From Bacteroidales bacterium (lineage in GTDB: Bacteria; Bacteroidota; Bacteroidia; Bacteroidales; UBA932), in contig JAGDBQ010000126.1 of the NCBI GenBank assembly GCA_017958985.1, forward strand, positions 1 to 60,360: a DNA stretch of 60,360 bases, in the 5' to 3' direction. Of the stretch, positions 19,254 to 28,542 are shown piece by piece. The notes beneath the pieces are model-generated. The model worked only from the letters and a program-made list of their open reading frames with translations, was not told the DNA's origin and did no database searches. A program made the translations under genes and the position numbers. Position 1 is the stretch's first letter, and every line of letters starts with the position of its first letter.

Positions 19254-20156
19254 TCAAAGGATGTTCAATGATTGTTCACGTATCTTTTCAAGTTCGTCCT
19301 TCATAAGGACCACGGTCTTCTGGATACCGGCGTGGTTCGCCTTGGAACCGGTGGTGTTTATCTCGCGGCCCATCTCCTGGATGATGAATCCAAGCTTGCG
19401 GCCTGGATATTCTTCGCCGTCGATGGTATCCAGGAAATACTTGCAGTGCTGGCGCAGGCGGACCTTCTCCTCGTTGATATCCAGTTTCTCCAGATAGAAC
19501 ACCATCTCCTGCTCGAAACGGGAAGGATCGACCTTCTGCCCGAGTTCGGCAAGGTTCTTCTGAAGTCTCTCCCGCACGGCGTCCAGCCTCTCCTTCTCGA
19601 ATCCCTCCACCTTGTCTTCCAGTTCCAGGATATTCCTTACCCTGGAAGTGACATCGGCATAAAGGGCCTGCCCTTCCTTGGACCTGTATTCGTTGACTGC
19701 TGCGAGAGCTTCGTCTATTGCTTTCTCCACGACCGCCCAGTTATCGTCGTTGATGACTTCCAGCCGGGAATTGTCCAGGACGTCCGGGAAGCGGAGGATG
19801 GCCGTTATTATCTCGTTGTCCATCCTGGCCTGGTCACCGAAATTCGCAGCCCGGTAGCTGGTTATGTTGTTGCGGACAGAGGAGACCTGGCCGAAATACT
19901 CTTTAACCAGTTCGGCGTTTATCTTCTTGGCCTCGCTGCCAGCCTTCGGCTCATAGGTCATATAGAAGTCGATGGTTCCCCTGCACAGGGCCTCGGAAAT
20001 CTTCTGGCGCACCTGCAGTTCCTTGTCTTTCGGAAGGAGCGGTGTCTTGATGCTGGCATCGGAGTTCTTGCCGTTCAGCGTCTTGATCTCGATGGTGAGT
20101 TTCCCTGTCTCCAGGACGGCCTCAGCCTTGCCGTATCCGGTCATTGACTTTATCAT
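19254..20156 (-). CDS. yicC: YicC/YloC family endoribonuclease
   Basis: MIKSMTGYG, DINEEKVRL, GRKLGFIIQEMGREINTTGSKA, KIREQ; ATG 20156 preferred because the promoter box lies at 20176-20183. Confidence 0.95.
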   Translation of the reverse strand: MIKSMTGYGKAEAVLETGKLTIEIKTLNGKNSDASIKTPLLPKDKELQVRQKISEALCRGTIDFYMTYEPKAGSEAKKINAELVKEYFGQVSSVRNNITSYRAANFGDQARMDNEIITAILRFPDVLDNSRLEVINDDNWAVVEKAIDEALAAVNEYRSKEGQALYADVTSRVRNILELEDKVEGFEKERLDAVRERLQKNLAELGQKVDPSRFEQEMVFYLEKLDINEEKVRLRQHCKYFLDTIDGEEYPGRKLGFIIQEMGREINTTGSKANHAGIQKTVVLMKDELEKIREQSLNIL

Positions 20157-20175
20157 CTTTCGATTCGTTACCATA

Positions 20176-20204
20176 CAAATATAATCATAGTTTTGCTATC
20201 TTTG
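20176..20204. promoter_or_regulatory. Back-to-back -7 boxes (yicC on -, epimerase relic on +)
   Basis: TATATTTG on - strand at 20176-20183; TATCTTTG on + strand at 20197-20204. Confidence 0.65.
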
Positions 20205-20211
20205 GAATGAT

Positions 20212-20435
20212 ATGGAAAAACTGATAATCATCGCCACGATATTGCTCTCCGCCTCTCGGAAAAGGACCACGATTCCAAGACGATGAACACCCCGTTCCAC
20301 GATGGTTTCCTACGGACACGACATAGAAGCTTCCCTGGAAGGATGGTCTCCGGCAGGAAGGATGCGGACAGACACTGGTGGGGCCAGGCCGGGACCGTGA
20401 ACCTCACGGATGACCGCGCAGGATTCTGGAAATGC
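20212..20435 (+). pseudogene. Heavily deleted, frameshifted relic of a cellobiose 2-epimerase (AGE family) gene
   Basis: Collinear fragments: RLSEKDHDSKTMNT (20250-20291), MVSYGHDIEAS (20302-20334, different frame), DADRHWWGQAGTV and NLTDDRAGFWKC (to 20435); preceded by signal-like MEKLIIIATILLSA. Confidence 0.85.
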
Positions 20436-20466
20436 TGGCCAGATTGTAGGTTTGTACGCTTTTTTG

Positions 20467-20474
20467 TATTTTTG
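20467..20474 (+). promoter_or_regulatory. -7 box for glnS
   Basis: TATTTTTG 23 bp upstream of the ATG. Confidence 0.6.
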
Positions 20475-20497
20475 TAAGCTATATTCATACAAGAAAG

Positions 20498-22150
20498 ATG
20501 GAAGAGACGAAAAAACTGAATTTCCTCGAAGAGATCATTGAAGAGGACCTCAGGTCCGGAAAGGTTGACAGCGTTATGACACGGTTCCCCCCGGAGCCTA
20601 ACGGTTATCTCCACCTGGGACACGCGAAGAGTCTGTGCATAAACTTCGGACTGGCGGAAAAATACGGTGGCAAGACCAATCTCCGCTACGACGACACCAA
20701 TCCGACGAAGGAGGACACCGAATACGTCGATGCCATCAAGGAAGACATCAGCTGGATGGGATTCCACTGGGACAAGGAGCTCTATGCTTCCGACTATTTC
20801 GACCAGCTCTACGAATGGGCTGAGGACCTTGTGAAGAGAGGCCTGGCTTATGTGGATGACCAGACGCAGGAAGAAATAAGCAAGGGCCGCGGCACCGTGG
20901 ACACTCCCGGCAAGGAGAGTCCCTACAGGAACCGCAGCGTGGAAGAGAACCTGCAGCTGCTCAGGGAAATGAAGGCCGGCAAATATGCCGACGGGGAGAA
21001 GGTCCTCCGCGCGAAGATCGATATGGCTTCCCCGAATATGATGTTCCGCGATCCGCTGCTCTACAGGATCAAGCACGCTTCCCATCACCGCACAGGCGAC
21101 AAGTGGTGCATCTATCCGATGTACGATTTCACGCACGGTCAGTGCGACTCCATTGAGCATATCACCCACTCAATCTGCACCCTGGAGTTCGACGTTCACA
21201 GGCCGCTGTACGACTGGTTCATACAGACCCTGGGAATATGGCCGAGCCATCAGTACGAATTCGCGAGGCTCAACCTCACATACACCCTTATGAGCAAAAG
21301 GAAGCTGCTGGAACTCGTGCAGAAAGGACTCGTGGCCGGATGGGACGACCCGAGGATGCCTACCCTCTGCGGTGTAAGGCGCCGCGGCTACACTCCGGAA
21401 GCCCTCAAAATGTTCTGTGACAAGATCGGAGTGTCCAAGCGTGACCAGATGATGGACATCCAGCTTCTCGAATGGTGCGTCCGCCAGGACCTCAACGCCA
21501 GGTCCAACAGATATATGGTCGTACAGAAGCCATTGAAAGTGACCCTGACAAACTGGGAGGAAGGGAAGGTCGAATGGTTCGACTGCCCTCTGAACCCTGC
21601 CGACCCGGAGGGTGCTACCCGCAGGGTTCCGCTTACCGGGGTCATCTACATCGAGCGTGACGACTTCATGGAAGATGCTCCGAAGAAGTTCTTCCGTCTG
21701 AAGCCGGATGGAGAAGTCAGGTTGAAGTACACCTACATCATCAAATGCGAAGAGGTCGTCAAGGACGCCGAAGGCAATGTCGTGGAGCTGAAGTGCACCT
21801 ACGACCCTGAAACGAGGCCGGGAGGCGGTGAATGGCGTTCCGTCAAAGGCACCATCCACTGGGTGTCGGAGGCCTTTGCCCGCGAAATAGAGATCCGGAA
21901 CTACGACCGGCTCTTCCTGAAGGAAGATATGAATTCCATCGAGGAAGGAAAGGACTACAAGGATTACCTCAATCCGGAATCACTCACGATAGTCAAAGGT
22001 CTGGCCGAGCCTGCCCTGCTGGAAGACAACTCGGGCATAGCAGTCCAGTTCGAACGTACCGGATACTACTTCAAGGACCCGGACAGCACCCCGGAGAAAG
22101 CCGTATTCAACAAGACCACGGCGCTTAAGGATTCTTATAAACCAGAATAA
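20498..22150 (+). CDS. glnS: Glutamine--tRNA ligase
   Basis: TRFPPEPNGYLHLGHAKS (HIGH), DDTNP, THSICTLEF, MSKRKL, QFERTGYY. Confidence 0.98.
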   Translation: MEETKKLNFLEEIIEEDLRSGKVDSVMTRFPPEPNGYLHLGHAKSLCINFGLAEKYGGKTNLRYDDTNPTKEDTEYVDAIKEDISWMGFHWDKELYASDYFDQLYEWAEDLVKRGLAYVDDQTQEEISKGRGTVDTPGKESPYRNRSVEENLQLLREMKAGKYADGEKVLRAKIDMASPNMMFRDPLLYRIKHASHHRTGDKWCIYPMYDFTHGQCDSIEHITHSICTLEFDVHRPLYDWFIQTLGIWPSHQYEFARLNLTYTLMSKRKLLELVQKGLVAGWDDPRMPTLCGVRRRGYTPEALKMFCDKIGVSKRDQMMDIQLLEWCVRQDLNARSNRYMVVQKPLKVTLTNWEEGKVEWFDCPLNPADPEGATRRVPLTGVIYIERDDFMEDAPKKFFRLKPDGEVRLKYTYIIKCEEVVKDAEGNVVELKCTYDPETRPGGGEWRSVKGTIHWVSEAFAREIEIRNYDRLFLKEDMNSIEEGKDYKDYLNPESLTIVKGLAEPALLEDNSGIAVQFERTGYYFKDPDSTPEKAVFNKTTALKDSYKPE

Positions 22151-22152
22151 CG

Positions 22153-23376
22153 GTGAACTTGCCTTGGTTCATAGCCGGAAGATACCTGTTCGCGAAGAAA
22201 TCACACAACGTGATAAACATAATCTCCGCGATCAGCGCCATCGGCATGGCCATAGGCACGGCTGCCCTGATCATAATACTGTCGGTGTACAACGGATTCG
22301 ACGAGCTGGTGAAATCCACCTTGAGCAATGTCGAGCCTGACATACTCGTCAGTCCAGCGAAAGGCAAGGTATTCACTCCGGACGAGTCCGTGCTTCGGAG
22401 CCTGAGGGACGATCCGTCCGTCAGGGAATGCTACCTGGTGCTTCAGGAAAACGTATTCGTAGACTATGAAGAGCATCAGGGAATAGCCAAGGCCAAGGGT
22501 GTGGACGAGAACTACGAGAAAGAATCGCCGCTTGCAGGACATATGACAAGCGGGACATTCTCGCTCCACAAGGGAGACCTGCCGCAGGTAGTGGTCGGAG
22601 CCGGGCTCGCCTACAAGATGGGGATGAATCCCGCATTCCTCTCATCTGCAGAGATTTACTTCCCTAGGAGAGACAGGAACTTCTCACTCGCCAATCCTGC
22701 CGCATCTATCGAATCGGTACGTGCACGTCCTTCAGGAGTATTCACCGTCAACCAGCAGATAGACGAAGAGCTGATGATCCTCCCGCTCGACAAGATGAGG
22801 CAGCTTCTGGGATATGAGGACGAAGTCTCCGGCATCGAGATCCGTCTCTCGGATCCCTCTTCTCCCAAGGAACTCAAGAAGACCATCAAATCCGTACGCA
22901 AGATCATGGGACCGGATTTCAAGGTGCTGGACAGGTACCGCCAGAATCCTTCCCTCTACAAGATGATGCGCTATGAGAAGGCGGCAATATACCTCATCCT
23001 GATATTCATAATCATCATCATCGCTTCCAACATATTCGGAAGCCTGACGATGCTGATCATAGAGAAGAAAGAGGACATTGAGACCTTCCGCAGCCTGGGT
23101 GCCACTGACAGTATGCTACGCAAGACCTTCACTCTGGAAGGGTGGCTGATCTCCCTGCTCGGACTGGCAGCAGGCCTCGTTGCAGGAATAGGTTTCGCAC
23201 TCCTGCAACAAAGGTTCGGCTTCATAAAGATGCCCGGTAATTTCCTGGTCAGCGCCTACCCGGTGATACTCCAGTGGGGCGACGTCCTGGTCACGGTGGC
23301 CGGGGTGGCGATCATAGGTTACCTGATAGCCCTGATCCCGGTCAGGAGGAACATTTCTACCTCCGGAAATATGTAA
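22153..23376 (+). CDS. LolC/E-FtsX family ABC permease
   Basis: IAGRYLFAKKSHNVINIIS, LSVYNGF, large periplasmic domain, MLIIEKKEDI, YPV; GTG start. Confidence 0.88.
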   Translation: MNLPWFIAGRYLFAKKSHNVINIISAISAIGMAIGTAALIIILSVYNGFDELVKSTLSNVEPDILVSPAKGKVFTPDESVLRSLRDDPSVRECYLVLQENVFVDYEEHQGIAKAKGVDENYEKESPLAGHMTSGTFSLHKGDLPQVVVGAGLAYKMGMNPAFLSSAEIYFPRRDRNFSLANPAASIESVRARPSGVFTVNQQIDEELMILPLDKMRQLLGYEDEVSGIEIRLSDPSSPKELKKTIKSVRKIMGPDFKVLDRYRQNPSLYKMMRYEKAAIYLILIFIIIIIASNIFGSLTMLIIEKKEDIETFRSLGATDSMLRKTFTLEGWLISLLGLAAGLVAGIGFALLQQRFGFIKMPGNFLVSAYPVILQWGDVLVTVAGVAIIGYLIALIPVRRNISTSGNM

Positions 23377-25462
23377 CCACGTCAGAGGTGCCGTCGTCAG
23401 CGACCACCTTGAACGTATCCTGTGACGTCTTCAAGTATACTGCAGGGAAAGTCCACACGACTCCGCCGTAATCATCGGCGCCGGTAAGCTTGGTGACCAT
23501 ATTGTCGTTCTGGTACAGGGTCAGAGACTTTGCGTTGCTGTAAACCTTTATTTTGAATTCCTCCCCGGAAGGATAATACCTGAGTCTCCGGGAGGTGATG
23601 TAAACGGTGGTCTCCTCCTTGTTCCACAAGGACTTGTAAAGATAGAACACATCTTTCCTGGTCTTCCTGTCGCGGGTAACCAAACCCTTGTCGTTCATAT
23701 ACTTCCGGTCAGCGTTCCGAGTGAACTTGACTCCGTCGTCAGAGTCCATATAGCCTTCCTGCCGGCTAGCCACAGGGAAATCGAACATCACCCATACGGA
23801 AGTGAAGTTGAGCCAAGGCATCTGCGAAAGTTTCCGGACATATGCTTCGTGGAACTTGTTGGCATACTCCTCATAATGGCGGGAATCGTTGTCCCGGTCA
23901 CGCACGGCCTCATCGGGATTCCAGACGTGGCAGAAAGGATTGTTGCCCACTCCGTACTCACTGACATTGACTGGCTTGCCTCCCCACTTTTCCCTGACCT
24001 TCTCCATCTCGCTGACGATGCTCGAGAAGTCGTTCGGGGTGTAATACCAGCCGAAATAGATGTTCTGGGAACAGAAATCGCCGGTCAGCATAGGATAACC
24101 TTCACGGGAAAGACGGGAATCGTCCGTAAAGCCGATGAAGCGGAACGGATCGAGCTGCTTCGCCATCTTGTAGAGTTTCTTGGTCTGGTAGAGGACCTTC
24201 TCCGAATCGAATTCACCCTGGAGCTCATTATTGTTCCCCCAGGAGTCAAGTTCGTTCCACATTCCCCAGAACGCGATGCTCGGATGGTTGAACAGGTTGG
24301 TAACCATCTCCTTCATCTGATGCTGGATATTATTGAAATACAACTGCTTGGCCTTAGTTCCACAAACGTTTACCCAAGGCACTTCCGTCTGTACTATGAT
24401 GCCGAGGGAATCGCAGAGCCGGAAAGCATAGTCGTTGTGAGGATAGTGGGCAAGGCGCAGGAAATTGGCTCCCAGTTCCTTGACCATCCTGTAATCCCTC
24501 CTGTAATCTTCCTTGGAAAGGGCGGAAGCCTTTCCATCCATATCCTGGTGCATAGCGACACCGCGAAGCTTGTAAGGCCTGCCGTTCAGGATGAATCCCC
24601 TTTCGGGATCCATCTCCATAGAACGGTAACCGACCTTGGTCTCTACGACATCGACGACACGCTCTCCCCTGAATATCGTGACACGCATCGTGTAAAGATA
24701 CGGATCGTTGACACCGTCCCAGAAGCGGATACCGGTGACGTGGAAATCGTGGCTGAACTCATATTCGGAGAAAGCCTTTACTCGGATTTCACGGTCGGCC
24801 TCGTAGCCAAGCGTTCCGTCCGCTTCAAGGAGCTCCACCCTGACCAGGATGTCGGCCGCCTTGTTCCCCGAGTTGACGATCCTCGTCTTGACTTCGGTGG
24901 ATATCTTCCTCCTGGTGACCACCGGCGTCTCCACCCTGAGCCTGTACATACCGTATTTCTCCGGGGAGAAATATACATCGTCCATATCCAGGAGCCAGAC
25001 CCTGCCGTGAAGTCCTCCGTTCTTGTTGAAATCGGAAGAGACAGGGGCCAGGTTGACGTCCTCTGAGTTGTCACAGATGACCTCCAGCTTGTTGGTCCCT
25101 CTCCTGAGTTCTTCCCCGATATCCACCACGAAAGGAGTATATCCACCCTTATGGGCGGCGACCTGCTCGCCGTTCACCTTTACAACGGCGGACTGGGCAG
25201 CCCCCTCGAACAGGAGGAAATGCGATTTCTTCACATCCCCAGCCTTGAATTCGCAGCGATATGTGGCTTTCCCCCTGTAATATGAAGGGGAATGGCCGTC
25301 TTCCGCATTGTACGAATGTGGAATGGTAACTGCCTTCCAGGAGTATCCGTCCTTGCTGAACTCCCATTTATTCAGTTCTACCTGATGGGAGCCGCGGATC
25401 TGGGCACCGAGCGGAAGAGAAGCGAGCAAAGCCACGAGGGCCAGGTTGAATAGCTTTTTCAT
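23357..25462 (-). CDS. Glycoside hydrolase family 2 (beta-galactosidase/glucuronidase-like)
   Basis: HKGGYTPF, GANFLRLAHYPH, NHPSIAFWGMWNE (acid/base), VSEYG (nucleophile), NDKGLVTRDR; signal peptide. Confidence 0.93.
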   Translation of the reverse strand: MKKLFNLALVALLASLPLGAQIRGSHQVELNKWEFSKDGYSWKAVTIPHSYNAEDGHSPSYYRGKATYRCEFKAGDVKKSHFLLFEGAAQSAVVKVNGEQVAAHKGGYTPFVVDIGEELRRGTNKLEVICDNSEDVNLAPVSSDFNKNGGLHGRVWLLDMDDVYFSPEKYGMYRLRVETPVVTRRKISTEVKTRIVNSGNKAADILVRVELLEADGTLGYEADREIRVKAFSEYEFSHDFHVTGIRFWDGVNDPYLYTMRVTIFRGERVVDVVETKVGYRSMEMDPERGFILNGRPYKLRGVAMHQDMDGKASALSKEDYRRDYRMVKELGANFLRLAHYPHNDYAFRLCDSLGIIVQTEVPWVNVCGTKAKQLYFNNIQHQMKEMVTNLFNHPSIAFWGMWNELDSWGNNNELQGEFDSEKVLYQTKKLYKMAKQLDPFRFIGFTDDSRLSREGYPMLTGDFCSQNIYFGWYYTPNDFSSIVSEMEKVREKWGGKPVNVSEYGVGNNPFCHVWNPDEAVRDRDNDSRHYEEYANKFHEAYVRKLSQMPWLNFTSVWVMFDFPVASRQEGYMDSDDGVKFTRNADRKYMNDKGLVTRDRKTRKDVFYLYKSLWNKEETTVYITSRRLRYYPSGEEFKIKVYSNAKSLTLYQNDNMVTKLTGADDYGGVVWTFPAVYLKTSQDTFKVVADDGTSDVVTYFRR

Positions 25463-26292
25463 TTGATTACCTTTAAATTACCTACATTGAGTCCCCAGCA
25501 TCCATCCTGTACGACAGGAACCAGCTTTCCATCAAGGTTCCCGACGTATGCAGGTTCAGACAGGTACGTATGCGAGTGCCCGCCGACCACGAGGTCGATG
25601 TTGCGGGTCCTGCCCACGAGCATAGGATCGGTGTATGGTTCTCCCTCGAATCCTATGTGGGTCAGGGCTATCACGAGGTCGCATTTCTTCTCGTCCTTGA
25701 GATATGATGCCCACTTGTTCACGACTTCGGCATTGTTGAACGCAGGGATCTGACGGGAGACCTCCCTCGGGACCAGTATCGTGATGTCCGGCATCAAGCC
25801 GATGATACCTATCCTCATCCCCGCTTTCTTGAGGATGACGTATGGTTTTATGTACTTGCCTGCCTCCAGTTTCGAAAAATCGTAATTGGCGCAGACCACA
25901 GGGCACTTTATCTTGGCTAGACGCCTGGCCAGGTCCTCTACTCCGTTGTCGAACTCGTGGTTGCCGAGCGTGATGCAATCATACTCCATCGCATTGACGA
26001 GTTCAACTTCAAGGTCCCCGTTAAGGACTGAATAATAAGAAGTTCCCTGGTTGAAATCACCAGCGTGGAGGAGCAGGACATTGCGCTTACCGTCAGCCTT
26101 CACTACACTGTCCCGGTAAGCGGCGCGTTCGATCACACCGCCGAGGCCGGCCTCTTTCCCTGCCCTTTCGGGCTCAAGATGGCTGTGGGTATCGTTAACG
26201 TGAAGGATGGTAAGTCTCTTCTGGGCCGCCGCGTCCGCCGCGGTCAGCAGCGCGAGGATGCATATCCCCGCAAGCAATCCTTTCATTCTCAT
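25459..26292 (-). CDS. 5'-nucleotidase, metallophosphoesterase (N-terminal) domain protein
   Basis: LHVNDTHS, AGD, LGNHEFD, LTHIG, GGHSHT. Confidence 0.92.
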   Translation of the reverse strand: MRMKGLLAGICILALLTAADAAAQKRLTILHVNDTHSHLEPERAGKEAGLGGVIERAAYRDSVVKADGKRNVLLLHAGDFNQGTSYYSVLNGDLEVELVNAMEYDCITLGNHEFDNGVEDLARRLAKIKCPVVCANYDFSKLEAGKYIKPYVILKKAGMRIGIIGLMPDITILVPREVSRQIPAFNNAEVVNKWASYLKDEKKCDLVIALTHIGFEGEPYTDPMLVGRTRNIDLVVGGHSHTYLSEPAYVGNLDGKLVPVVQDGCWGLNVGNLKVIK

Positions 26293-27143
26293 TCCTTGCC
26301 CTCCTTTATTATGGTGATCCAGTGCTGGTCCTCGAATTCGATCGGTTTTCCGGCGGCGGTAAGACTCCTTACATAATTCAGGATGGTGTCATATATCCAG
26401 CCGTTGCAATAGATGGTCTCGACTGCGTTCTTCCCGATGAAATAGCCGTCTCCCCCGTCCAGGAGGAAATTGATGGTGGCGACACCGTAAACCTTCTCAT
26501 CGTCCAGCGGTTCTCCGTCGACTGTGGCTGAGACTATCTTGCCATTCTTTGCAACCACCTTTACTCCTCCCAGGATCTGGAAAGAGGTGGCGGCCATCTG
26601 GTCCAGGACAGCCCTGACATCCTTTCCGCGAAGTGCCACGTAGCAGAGATTGTTCTTGAACGGGAACATCGACTGTATGTCGTCACAGAGGATTTCTCCG
26701 GCAGGCATATCTATCCTGATCCCTCCCCTGTTGGAAATACCGATATCGACTTTCTTCCCCGTGCTGTCCGCCGTCGCCCTCATCAGTTCGTCAATGAACC
26801 AGTCGTACAACTCGCATTCGGGTTTCAGCCTCGGCATCTCCCTGGTGGAATAGCCGACGACCTGTTTGACCTCGGCCATCGCAGGCTGGGCATCGATCAT
26901 AAGTCCGGCGACCTTCCGGACCGTCCCTCTGCGGAATTTCCTGCCGTTGGGAGCATAGTAGGTCCGCCCCTTGACTACTCCCATAGACTCCTGCACGTTG
27001 TCCGCCGTGGAAGCCGTAACCCCGGTCCGGTGTCCATCGATCGGATCGGCGCTCCAGCCCGATACCGGAACCTGTGCATATACGCCAGTTCCGGCAAGTA
27101 CTGCCAATGCGGCCAGCAGAGACTTCAAACTATACCTGCTCAT
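26289..27143 (-). CDS. 5'-nucleotidase C-terminal (substrate-binding) domain protein
   Basis: NRGGIR, MFPFKN, VATINFLLDGGDG; signal peptide from ATG 27143. Confidence 0.9.
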   Translation of the reverse strand: MSRYSLKSLLAALAVLAGTGVYAQVPVSGWSADPIDGHRTGVTASTADNVQESMGVVKGRTYYAPNGRKFRRGTVRKVAGLMIDAQPAMAEVKQVVGYSTREMPRLKPECELYDWFIDELMRATADSTGKKVDIGISNRGGIRIDMPAGEILCDDIQSMFPFKNNLCYVALRGKDVRAVLDQMAATSFQILGGVKVVAKNGKIVSATVDGEPLDDEKVYGVATINFLLDGGDGYFIGKNAVETIYCNGWIYDTILNYVRSLTAAGKPIEFEDQHWITIIKEGKE

Positions 27144-27150
27144 ACTGCAA

Positions 27151-28539
27151 TCAACTTTGTTTGAGCCATTTCCAAAGATCCTTGAATGTAGACTTCTTGC
27201 CGAACATAAGGATACCGGCCTTGTAGATCTTGGCCGAAGCCCAGGCACATCCGAGGAATGTCAGGAACAACAACACTACCGACAGGATCAGCTGCCAGGT
27301 AGGGACTCCATAAGGAATCCTGGCAAGCATCACGATCGGAGAAGTGAAAGGAATAATGGATCCCCATACGACCACCGGACTATCCGGATTCTGGAAGGCC
27401 ATAAGGATGATGAAATATGCTATCATCAGTGGTATTGTCAGCGGCAGCTGCAGCTGGCTGGCGTCTCCTTCGTTCTCGACTGCAGAGCCGACCGCAGCGT
27501 ACATCGATGCGTACAGCAGGTATCCAAGGATGAAGAATATCAGGAAGGATACGATCAGCTTGACCCAAGGGATGTTGGCAAGGGTGCCGACCACTTTCTG
27601 CATCTGGTTGATCTGGCCCGGTGCGACCGCAGCGGTATCGGCTGCTTCACCCAAAGCGACGGAAGCTACATCCGTTCCACCGGGCAGGTTCACCGTCTGC
27701 CCAACCATCTGAGGATTACCCTGGATGCTCTTGAGCATATCCTTGCCCATGAATGCACTGGCGACTCCCGTCAGGATGACTGTGAGCACGATCCAGAGCA
27801 GGAACTGGGTAAGAGCGACAAGGGCGACGCCGATGATCTTGCCGAACATAAGGTCCACCGCCTTCACTGAAGAGATCAGTACCTCGACCACCCTGCTGGA
27901 CTTCTCCTCGATGACGCTGGACATAACCTGCGCCCCGAACATAGTGATGAACATCCAGATGATGATTCCAAGCACCATCGAAACTATCATATAGATGCCT
28001 GATTCAGAGAGGGTTTCCTTCCCTGACTCATCGAGGGTGTATTCCGTCACCGAAACGTGCGACTTCACCTCCTCCATTATCTGGGAAAGATTTTCGATCC
28101 CGTACTGGCGGACCCTGTATTCCTCCACGGCATCATCCACCTTGCCACGGAGACCGGAAGTGAATTCGACTCCGAGAGGATCCTTCGAATATGTCTGGAC
28201 GGTAACGGTCTTCGCTACGGAATCCAAAGGAGAAATGACCACCAGGACATCCTTCCCGATAGAAGCAAGGCGTCCTTTAAGGTCATCAGGAGCCTCCGAG
28301 GAATAATCCTCGTAGGTTATCCTGTCCGTATTGATAAGGTGGGACATCACGATTCCGGACTGGTCCACGACGGCCACATCCTGCTTCCTCTCCTTCGTGT
28401 TGCCGGCGATGTACATCACGATCACCATCATAGCCGCAAAGAGGATAGGCACCAGGAAAGTGGTTACCAGGAATGACTTCTTCTTCACGCGGGTGGAATA
28501 CTCGCGGGCGATGACTGTCTTGATAATTCTGAAATCCAT
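27151..28539 (-). CDS. ABC-2 type permease (NatB-like)
   Basis: IAREYSTRVKKKSF, VIEEKSSRVVEVLISSV, GKIIG, PFTSPIVMLAR. Confidence 0.92.
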   Translation of the reverse strand: MDFRIIKTVIAREYSTRVKKKSFLVTTFLVPILFAAMMVIVMYIAGNTKERKQDVAVVDQSGIVMSHLINTDRITYEDYSSEAPDDLKGRLASIGKDVLVVISPLDSVAKTVTVQTYSKDPLGVEFTSGLRGKVDDAVEEYRVRQYGIENLSQIMEEVKSHVSVTEYTLDESGKETLSESGIYMIVSMVLGIIIWMFITMFGAQVMSSVIEEKSSRVVEVLISSVKAVDLMFGKIIGVALVALTQFLLWIVLTVILTGVASAFMGKDMLKSIQGNPQMVGQTVNLPGGTDVASVALGEAADTAAVAPGQINQMQKVVGTLANIPWVKLIVSFLIFFILGYLLYASMYAAVGSAVENEGDASQLQLPLTIPLMIAYFIILMAFQNPDSPVVVWGSIIPFTSPIVMLARIPYGVPTWQLILSVVLLFLTFLGCAWASAKIYKAGILMFGKKSTFKDLWKWLKQS

Positions 28540-28542
28540 AGT

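Noticed and set aside
23849-25066. Long antisense ORFs (also 31701-32909, 35181-36374, 43822-44811, 48199-49371, 49389-50429 and many shorter ones)
   Set aside because: Shadow frames opposite well-supported genes, expected from GC-rich codon usage; no recognisable motifs.
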